The notes under the pieces are model-generated. The model was given only the letters and a program-made list of their open reading frames with translations, was not told the origin of the DNA and did not search any database. The translations under genes and the position numbers were made by a program. This document shows positions 57,266 to 64,000 of a stretch of DNA of 64,000 nt, piece after piece (the stretch's first letter is position 1; every line of letters begins with the position of its first letter). The stretch is from assembly GCA_001777665.1 (NCBI GenBank), contig MFEQ01000005.1:13673-77672 (forward strand), written 5' to 3'. The DNA is from Candidatus Doudnabacteria bacterium RIFCSPHIGHO2_02_FULL_42_25 (GTDB lineage Bacteria; Patescibacteriota; Doudnabacteria; UBA920; O2-02-FULL-48-8).

Positions 57266-58609
57266 TTACTTCTTCTCCTCTGACATGCTTTTTATTCCAT
57301 ATAGCCAGTGATGGACCAAGAAGTTATGACCAACCAGCAGTCTCAAAAAAGTTCGGGTAACAGTGATAGCCGTAAACATTGAAATCAGAATGCCTAATGC
57401 CAGTGTAATAGCAAATCCACGAATAATACTGGTGCCGAAATATGCGAGGATAAAAGTTGTGATCAAACTGGAAAAGTTCGAATCCCGAACTGATAGCCAC
57501 GCTCTGGTAAATCCGTCTTCCACGGCTTGCTGCAGGGTTTTACCTTTTCGCAATTCTTCTTTCATACGTTCAAAAATCAAAATATTGGCATCGACTGCCA
57601 TTCCGATCGAGAGGATAAATCCTGCAATTCCAGCAAGCGTTAAGGTTATGCCAAATATTTTAAAAATCGCTAAAGCCAAAAAAGTATAAATTGACAAGGC
57701 AATGACAGCGAGTAGTCCTGGTAATCGGTAGTAAATAATCATGAACAGTGCCACAATTGCAAAGCCGATCAAGCCTGCGGCCACACTTTTTTGCACTGAT
57801 TGCGCGCCCAGTGTCGCGCCAACGTTTTGTTGCGAGATCAGTTTGATGGGCACAGGCAGAGCACCGGAATTAAATCTAGTTACCAATTCCTTTGCTTCTG
57901 GAACTGTAAACCCACCCGTGATTACGGCTTCACCATTAGTGATGGCTTGGTTAACCGTAGGTGCTGAAAGAATTTCACCATCCAAGAAAATTGCTACTCG
58001 TTTCCCGACATTTCTCGAAGTGATTTCAGAAAATAACTTTGTTCCTTCGGCGTCAAACTGCAAGGAAATTTGGGGGACACCAGTTTGTGGGTTGAAAGTT
58101 AGTACCGCTCTTTTGAACTGTTTACCAGTAAGCCCTGTGGCCATGTATAGATCAGTTGGATTCACAGAAACTTTCCCTTCAGCGTCTGGAGTTAGGGTTG
58201 GGTTAGGGTTTTCTTCACGAAATTCCAAAAACGGAGTTTGACCTATCAACGAAATTGCTTCATTGATGTCCTTCACTCCTGGGAGCTCGATTATAATTCT
58301 GTTGGATCCTGAGACTTGAACCAAGGGTTCGGAAACCCCGAAAGCATTGACTCGACGTTCAATAACATCCCGAGCAGAAGCCATAGCATCAGACTGGGCA
58401 TCACTAGGGATGTCTTTCAGGTCACCTTCATAAACCAAATGTGTGCCGCCTTGCAAATCCAATCCCAGCTTCAAATCAAACGGCTTTTCGTAGTTGATTT
58501 TGATCGGCTTGAGATTGATTTTGCTGCCTTGGGGAATGACCAAATAAACCGCACCAGCGGCTACCAGTACAATCAATAAGAATTTAAAATATAATCTCGA
58601 TTTTCTCAT
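57266..58609 (-). CDS. secD: Protein translocase SecD
   Basis: LGLDLQGG, GVSEP, GMAVDANILIFER. Confidence 0.98.
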   Translation of the reverse strand: MRKSRLYFKFLLIVLVAAGAVYLVIPQGSKINLKPIKINYEKPFDLKLGLDLQGGTHLVYEGDLKDIPSDAQSDAMASARDVIERRVNAFGVSEPLVQVSGSNRIIIELPGVKDINEAISLIGQTPFLEFREENPNPTLTPDAEGKVSVNPTDLYMATGLTGKQFKRAVLTFNPQTGVPQISLQFDAEGTKLFSEITSRNVGKRVAIFLDGEILSAPTVNQAITNGEAVITGGFTVPEAKELVTRFNSGALPVPIKLISQQNVGATLGAQSVQKSVAAGLIGFAIVALFMIIYYRLPGLLAVIALSIYTFLALAIFKIFGITLTLAGIAGFILSIGMAVDANILIFERMKEELRKGKTLQQAVEDGFTRAWLSVRDSNFSSLITTFILAYFGTSIIRGFAITLALGILISMFTAITVTRTFLRLLVGHNFLVHHWLYGIKSMSEEKK

Positions 58610-58655
58610 TTGGGCAAATAAAAACGAGGTATTCCTCGCTTATTATTATACTAAA

Positions 58656-59816
58656 TTATTGAAAAGTTGTATAGTAACTCGCCACTGTGCTATAACAAGT
58701 TTCCTGAAGATTGGCTTCAATCGAGGCGCAAAGCTCTTTGGCTTGGACATCAGAGTGATGATACGAAACAAAATCTTTCACCGCCCCGATAATACAATTC
58801 AGGCGTTGGTTTTCGTCTTTACCGAGCTCACAGGTCGCTTTGGTTATTTCGACATTGCTAATGCTGCGACCAGAGGCATCCCGTCCCAAACTTTGGTAAC
58901 ATATAACAGCATAATTTCCCACAGTACTGCAAAGCTCAAAAACTTTCGCAAAGTCACCGTTCGTGACTTTGAGCATGTACGAAGTCTGCATCAAATAACA
59001 GGTGGTTTTGTATTTATCGTTTACTGCGGTACAAGGATAGAGCGGTTCTTCAGGTTTCAAATATTTCGTAAAGTGATTTTTGTTATCGATAATCACATTT
59101 TCCATAAATGCGCCGCCATGACATGAAGACTGCTCCCAACTGCCACCTAAATTATCACAAAGTTCCAGTGATTCGAATAATTCGTTTTGAGAAATCGCCA
59201 TGACACCATGACCGAGTCCGTGGACACAGTTGTAGTAATCAAAGCTATAAGATGCTTTGCCAGGAATTGCATTACATATCCCATCCATTTTGCTAGCCAA
59301 TTCTTCGCGCGAAATCCGACCGATAATGCCTTCCATGACACCGTGGTAGTAGCCTGACCAACAAAAACTATCGCCTTTCGAATATGCAGTACCAACACCG
59401 GGATAAATTTCAGTCGCTGCCGTTCCTATGGTATGCGTGATCGGATGACACTGTGATTTGATATACGCGCTTTGATCATAACGAATTTTTAAATCATCAA
59501 AAGCTGCCGTAACACCCTGCCCTTTGACTAGACCCTTGTAATAATCTTCGTAACAGGTAAACGTTTGGGATGCTTCGCGAATACAAGCATCAGACAACGT
59601 TATCGTGGATTTACTACTCTTTAACTGGGAAGCAGAAGGATTAATAATCTCTTCAGCGCTTTGTTTAATCAAATCTTCGACTGAAAGATTCTCGGTACTT
59701 GGCGAATTACTTTGTGTTGATTCATTTGCTGATTTTTTAGAACCCTGCCAATAATATACAGCTCCGGCAAGCAGGATTAAAACCGTTATTCCAATTTGAA
59801 TCTGCTTTTTCCTCAT
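58656..59816 (-). CDS. Membrane-anchored Cys/His-rich repeat protein
   Basis: CH..TH.IG, C.SGYYHG, CVHGLGHG, C.GG.FME. Confidence 0.75.
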   Translation of the reverse strand: MRKKQIQIGITVLILLAGAVYYWQGSKKSANESTQSNSPSTENLSVEDLIKQSAEEIINPSASQLKSSKSTITLSDACIREASQTFTCYEDYYKGLVKGQGVTAAFDDLKIRYDQSAYIKSQCHPITHTIGTAATEIYPGVGTAYSKGDSFCWSGYYHGVMEGIIGRISREELASKMDGICNAIPGKASYSFDYYNCVHGLGHGVMAISQNELFESLELCDNLGGSWEQSSCHGGAFMENVIIDNKNHFTKYLKPEEPLYPCTAVNDKYKTTCYLMQTSYMLKVTNGDFAKVFELCSTVGNYAVICYQSLGRDASGRSISNVEITKATCELGKDENQRLNCIIGAVKDFVSYHHSDVQAKELCASIEANLQETCYSTVASYYTTFQ

Positions 59817-60871
59817 AGATAATTATGAATCGGCCAGGTTACTATTTCGACAACTCTTTCCAAAAAAGGTCGTCTCTGCCAATCATTTATCTCTATTTGT
59901 CGACAGTGCCGAAGGTTACTCTGAAAAAATTCAGAAACCGCATCGACGAACTGGGAATCAGTGGAGGTGGCATTTGCCTCCATGTTGTAATAAAAACTAA
60001 ATTTATCCAAATTGCTGCTGCCCACAGCCGCCCAATTATCGTCAATTATGGCAGTTTTGGCATGAATAATCGCGTCTTCGTAGCGATAAATCCCGATATT
60101 TGCACGTAAAGCCTTGTGGAAGTACGAGGTCGAGAATCGAACCGGTAAATACTCATCATCTTTGCCTCGCACAATAATTTTAACATCCACTCCGGATCTG
60201 GCCTTATCTAGAATTAACTGGAAAAAATTTCGATCTGGAAAAAAATAGGAAGTCGTCATATAAATACTTTTGTTGGCAGATTTTATATGTTTGCGCAATT
60301 CTTCGTAAAATTCTTTCCGGCCGTAACCACAATAATCGATATGGAGTTGCGGATCATGTGATTTTTTTTCAAATTTTGGTGATTTGAAATATTGTCGGCG
60401 GTGAACATCGGCTTCCAAACTTTCAAAACTCCTTTGAATATCCTCAATAATTGGTTCATCTTCGTACCGAATCATGGTATCTTTAAAAAAAGTGAATTTC
60501 TTTTTGATCCCCAGTCCCCCGATCCAGGCAATTTTTGAATCAATGATCAAAGTTTTTTTGTGTAAATGAAAAAACCAGCTACTGGGTTTAAATGGACTAA
60601 CCGGATTAAAAACTTGAAATTGAATCCCACGATTCATCAACGCCTTCACATATCCGGACCGAAACAACGGATAACTCCCCCATCCATCACAAATAACTCT
60701 AATTTTTACGCCTTCGCGATTTTTCTTATCCAGCAGCTTTAAAAATTTATGACCCACCCGATCATCCCAGAAAGAATATTGCTCAAGCTCGATAGTGGAA
60801 GAGGCTTGAGAAATATCGGCAAGCATACTATCCCAGGTCTCTTTGGTTTCAGAAAATAATTTCCAGCTCAT
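59813..60871 (-). CDS. Phospholipase D / cardiolipin synthase (ClsB-like)
   Basis: Two HxKxxxxD motifs (HKKTLIID, HAKTAIID). Confidence 0.93.
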   Translation of the reverse strand: MSWKLFSETKETWDSMLADISQASSTIELEQYSFWDDRVGHKFLKLLDKKNREGVKIRVICDGWGSYPLFRSGYVKALMNRGIQFQVFNPVSPFKPSSWFFHLHKKTLIIDSKIAWIGGLGIKKKFTFFKDTMIRYEDEPIIEDIQRSFESLEADVHRRQYFKSPKFEKKSHDPQLHIDYCGYGRKEFYEELRKHIKSANKSIYMTTSYFFPDRNFFQLILDKARSGVDVKIIVRGKDDEYLPVRFSTSYFHKALRANIGIYRYEDAIIHAKTAIIDDNWAAVGSSNLDKFSFYYNMEANATSTDSQFVDAVSEFFQSNLRHCRQIEINDWQRRPFLERVVEIVTWPIHNYL

Positions 60872-61368
60872 CGTTTTTTAATTTTGACGTTGACTTTTTG
60901 AGGGGCTGTTTTGATTGCTCTGTCCACCAAATCCGAGCTGGAGCTAATCTTGCCGCCGTGACCGACATTGTAAACCATTTTTATCCCATAGCGACGGCAG
61001 ACAGACAAATCTCGATTCAACGAAGAATTTTTATTTCGAGCATCAGCTACAGTTCGGTCTCCACCATTCGCAAAAATATCCGGTTTCAATCGCCTCAATT
61101 CTTCGCTGACGCTCATATCTTCCGGATCATGTTTGTGCTTGGAAATTACCACCTCATCGACATACTTGATCGCGTCGATTACTTCTTTGCGATCTTTCTG
61201 TGACATGAAATTGAATTTCTTTTTTTTGCGGAGCCAGTTGTCGTTGTTCAAAATCACGACAAGCTTATCTCCCAAAGCTTTCGCTTCTTTGAACAATCGA
61301 ATATGACCCGGATGGATCGGATCGAATCCTCCGGACACAACTACCACTATTGGCTTATGATTTTCCAT
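60868..61368 (-). CDS. Cytidylyltransferase family protein (TagD-like)
   Basis: SGGFDPIHPGH, ANGGDR, SSS. Confidence 0.92.
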   Translation of the reverse strand: MENHKPIVVVVSGGFDPIHPGHIRLFKEAKALGDKLVVILNNDNWLRKKKKFNFMSQKDRKEVIDAIKYVDEVVISKHKHDPEDMSVSEELRRLKPDIFANGGDRTVADARNKNSSLNRDLSVCRRYGIKMVYNVGHGGKISSSSDLVDRAIKTAPQKVNVKIKKR

Positions 61369-61406
61369 TCGCTAATTATACCACTAAATGGAATGGGTGC
61401 CTAAGC

Positions 61407-61601
61407 TTAATGTTTGGTTTTATGACCGCTATAAGCGAGATACAGAGCTAGTACACCCACAACCCAGGATACGCCGACTGAAATATTGGTATCACCAAAG
61501 GTTACAGGGATATTGTTGAAAGCGCGGTACAAATGAGCTACACCGATTACCAGAAACAGGACAGTGGTAACCATCATGTAGTTATCGTGCTTTAAATGCA
61601 T
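61407..61601 (-). CDS. Small membrane protein
   Basis: Two TM segments with H..R. Confidence 0.65.
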   Translation of the reverse strand: MHLKHDNYMMVTTVLFLVIGVAHLYRAFNNIPVTFGDTNISVGVSWVVGVLALYLAYSGHKTKH

Positions 61602-61667
61602 ATTTTTGTTAGTTTCTTAAAGTTTTTATCGACCTTTTTTGCTTGTCTATATTATATCACGAAAAAA

Positions 61668-62039
61668 CTACTTCAAGTACTTTTCAATCTCGGTCACAAT
61701 CATTTCAGGAGTTACCGATGTTTTGACGATATAATCCACAGCGCCCAAAGATTTGGCACGGCTAATGTCTTCGGTGCCGGCTAAATTCGACATAACTATA
61801 ATTGGGGTAGTAAATTCTTTACCTTTCAATCTTTCTAAAACATGAAAGCCGTCAAACCAAGGCATGGTTAAATCCAGCAAGACTATGCCGTAGATTTCTC
61901 GCTCCAGAAGGTCGACTGCAACTTGGCCATCCGGCGCAGTCGAAACATCGTAACCTTTGAGTTGAAGTTTGTTCGATAAAACGTCAGTCAGAGCTAAATC
62001 GTCTTCGACAATTAACACCCGTTTTTTACTGTGGATCAT
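61668..62039 (-). CDS. Single-domain response regulator
   Basis: VEDD, LLDLTMP..DG, SN, K. Confidence 0.93.
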   Translation of the reverse strand: MIHSKKRVLIVEDDLALTDVLSNKLQLKGYDVSTAPDGQVAVDLLEREIYGIVLLDLTMPWFDGFHVLERLKGKEFTTPIIVMSNLAGTEDISRAKSLGAVDYIVKTSVTPEMIVTEIEKYLK

Positions 62040-62070
62040 ATGCCAATATTATGCTATAATTAGCTCTCAT

Positions 62071-62616
62071 ATGCAAGTAATAATATCAGCTCATTTTGAC
62101 ATCGCCAGACCAGTGATGTCTATTAATTTGGATGGTGAAAAGCTGGAAGGTTTGGTAGATAACCTGGCTGGTGTTTTTGTCGCATACCAAGCCTCCAGGA
62201 AAACTGGTGTGCCTGTTTACTTCACGAACTTCGAAGAACTGGAATACGATGGAGCAGAAGCAGTAGCTAATAAACTAGACCCGAAAAACACTATAGTCGT
62301 GGTTGTAGACACCATTAAATTCTCAGATGCCAAAGGCTTTCCTGCCTCAGTTGCCAATGTCTATGATCTGGATTTATCTGAACTCAAGAAAAGTCTAGGT
62401 CATAAAGTTGACTTTATTGATGAACCGTTCGAACCTACAGAAGACGAGACCTGCATCTACGGTAAAAAATATGGATTTAAAGCTTTCTATTTCGGAGTCC
62501 CGATCTCTGGGGACAATTATCACGCCACTGACAACCACGTCTCTCTCAAAGCCATCGACCAATCTACTGAAATTTTAGTCGAGGTAATCACCTGGCTACA
62601 GAAACAAAAGAACTAA
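62071..62616 (+). CDS. Compact M28/M42-like zinc peptidase-fold protein
   Basis: SAHFD, DN.AG, EE, D and YH ligand pattern. Start set at ATG 62071. Confidence 0.7.
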   Translation: MQVIISAHFDIARPVMSINLDGEKLEGLVDNLAGVFVAYQASRKTGVPVYFTNFEELEYDGAEAVANKLDPKNTIVVVVDTIKFSDAKGFPASVANVYDLDLSELKKSLGHKVDFIDEPFEPTEDETCIYGKKYGFKAFYFGVPISGDNYHATDNHVSLKAIDQSTEILVEVITWLQKQKN

Positions 62617-62632
62617 CCCGCAGTTAACCTCC

Positions 62633-62675
62633 GTCATCCCGGACCCTTTCGTCATCCTGAACTTGATTCAGGATC
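62633..62675. repeat. REP-like GTCATCC palindrome
   Basis: GTCATCC twice; ATCCTGAA-cttga-TTCAGGAT, same loop as 48063-48083. Confidence 0.7.
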
Positions 62676-62797
62676 CATTTCTATAACTAATACTCAAGTT
62701 TTATTTATTAGGCTGCAAGTTTCTCTCTTTCCGTGACTGGCTGGGGTTGATCTTTGACAATTTTACTGCTAAACTCTCCTAGTCACGGAGGACCTCA

Positions 62798-62911
62798 ATG
62801 CGCAACTCACTCAGCTTCCTGCTCGGTGCAGTAGTCTGTCTAGCGATGTGCGGAATCTTCTCGATTCCCCAAGTCATCTGGCGGAGAACATCCCGCCTGG
62901 CTACGGCATAA
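62798..62911 (+). CDS. 37-aa hydrophobic peptide (type I toxin-like; not in ORF track)
   Basis: GGAGG SD; MRNSLSFLLGAVVCLAMCGIFSIPQVIWRRTSRLATA; terminator at 62926-62958. Confidence 0.6.
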   Translation: MRNSLSFLLGAVVCLAMCGIFSIPQVIWRRTSRLATA

Positions 62912-62925
62912 TCATCGATGACTTT

Positions 62926-62958
62926 GGTTCACCCCTCACAAGGTGAACCTCTTTTTTT
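62926..62958 (+). terminator. Intrinsic terminator
   Basis: GGTTCACC-cctcacaa-GGTGAACC plus T-tract. Confidence 0.8.
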
Positions 62959-63027
62959 ATATTCAAAAAAAACCGGAAACGAGACTAAGTGGTGGTCTCG
63001 TTTCCGAGGTCGTCGAACGCCAAACGA

Positions 63028-63340
63028 CTAGGAGTTGGCTTCGCCCGCCTTGGCTTCATTTGCTCCGATTCGGAGCGAGCGGAGAAAAGTCCTGTCATTG
63101 GTCGTGAGCTCGAACGTCTTCCGCGCCGGGAGAAGTCGTGCGGGCGTGGTAATTTTCGTCACAGCAGCTTGAGTATTCGTGTTGACGAAACCCACAACGG
63201 CTTCGAGCGTGACGCATGTCGTATCCAGCCTCGCGCGCGTTCGCACGACATGCTTCCACTTGCGGACTTTCCGCGACCGCTGCAGAAATAGCTTCCGCAA
63301 GCTCCTTTGCAAATCTATCGACGAATTCATTCATGGCCAT
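63028..63340 (-). pseudogene. Frameshifted hypothetical gene
   Basis: MNEFVDRFAKELA..AGYDMR continues as VTLEAVVGFVN..FLRSLRI in another frame near 63215. Confidence 0.65.
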
Positions 63341-63423
63341 CCCCCTTGGGTAACGTGTGTCTAAATTATAGCAATTAAAAATGAAGAAAGGCCAACCGCT
63401 TGCGCAGTTGGCCTTTCACGAAC

Positions 63424-63843
63424 TTACACGATCGTCGGGATTCGTCCGACCCAGAGCTCCGTTCCACACAGTTTGCAGAATGTCTCGGTCTGACTTACCC
63501 AACGCGCCTCAGCTGGCCCTTCGCATTTCGGGCAGCGGACTTGGCGTTGCGCGCTAATCTGGCCTTCACCAGTTGCCTTGCGCAACCACCCCTGCACGTG
63601 TATCCACGTACCACCTGCCGGGATCATAAACCCCTTGAAATGCCATCGTTCACCGTCGGGGTCTTTCCGAGCCGAGTTCTCGATGAGAAGCCTAATCGGT
63701 TGGCTGCGTGATCCGTGAATAATTACTGCACGGACCTGTTGCCGATTATGTCTATCACCTTGTTCATGCGAGTCATGGAATGCTGCAAACCCGTCTCTCA
63801 GTACAAGGCGATGCGCGATGACACCTGGCTTAAAGTTCGCCAC
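63424..63843 (-). CDS. Hypothetical protein with C-terminal zinc ribbon
   Basis: GGAGG SD plus GTG; CPKC...CKLC. Confidence 0.7.
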   Translation of the reverse strand: MANFKPGVIAHRLVLRDGFAAFHDSHEQGDRHNRQQVRAVIIHGSRSQPIRLLIENSARKDPDGERWHFKGFMIPAGGTWIHVQGWLRKATGEGQISAQRQVRCPKCEGPAEARWVSQTETFCKLCGTELWVGRIPTIV

Positions 63844-63943
63844 GACTTCCTCCGTCTAAGGTCCTAGGACGCTGCAGGACCAATACAGCCTTCAACCCCC
63901 TTTCGGGAATTGGACCTGCGCATGCAGGGATTACGAACAACAC

Positions 63944-63977
63944 AGTGTACACGAAAACAGCCATTTTGTCAATGGCT
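63944..63977 (-). promoter_or_regulatory. Sigma70 promoter with a palindrome over the -35 box
   Basis: TTGACA-17-TACACT on the minus strand; AGCCATT-ttgtc-AATGGCT. Confidence 0.75.
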
Positions 63978-64000
63978 TGTACAGTTAACACCATACGGTT

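Noticed and set aside
1-64000. CRISPR array, prophage or integron
   Set aside because: No regularly spaced direct repeats, cas genes, phage structural genes or integrase were seen.

Overview
AT-rich bacterial chromosome segment. Gene content points to a CPR/Patescibacteria (Parcubacteria- or Doudnabacteria-like) genome; this is inference. The backbone is housekeeping: secE-nusG-rplK-rplA, a dcd-tmk-thyA-folA nucleotide cluster, frameshifted prfB, ftsEX-rplI-pyrG, rpmA, iscS, gltX, def-fmt, murI, a DEAD-box helicase, tRNA-Gln, hppA, mnmA, a VirD4/HerA-like ATPase locus, secDF and cls. Many native genes look leaderless, with a -10 box 6-9 nt before the ATG. Interspersed are about ten single GC-richer genes with strong AGGAGG-type Shine-Dalgarno (SD) sites. 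There is also a layer of small selfish DNA: palindromes and heptamer repeats inserted in-frame in proteins, a MITE, and internally deleted LAGLIDADG and GxxExxY nuclease genes framed by inverted repeats. The best new candidates are a leader-peptide attenuator before an AlkB-like gene, a structured RNA or element wrapping a LAGLIDADG remnant, a type I toxin-like peptide with a sequestered SD, a 6S-like RNA after tRNA-Gln, and a compact EPSP-synthase-like protein. No CRISPR array or rRNA was seen. All calls come from reading the sequence by eye; no searches were run.
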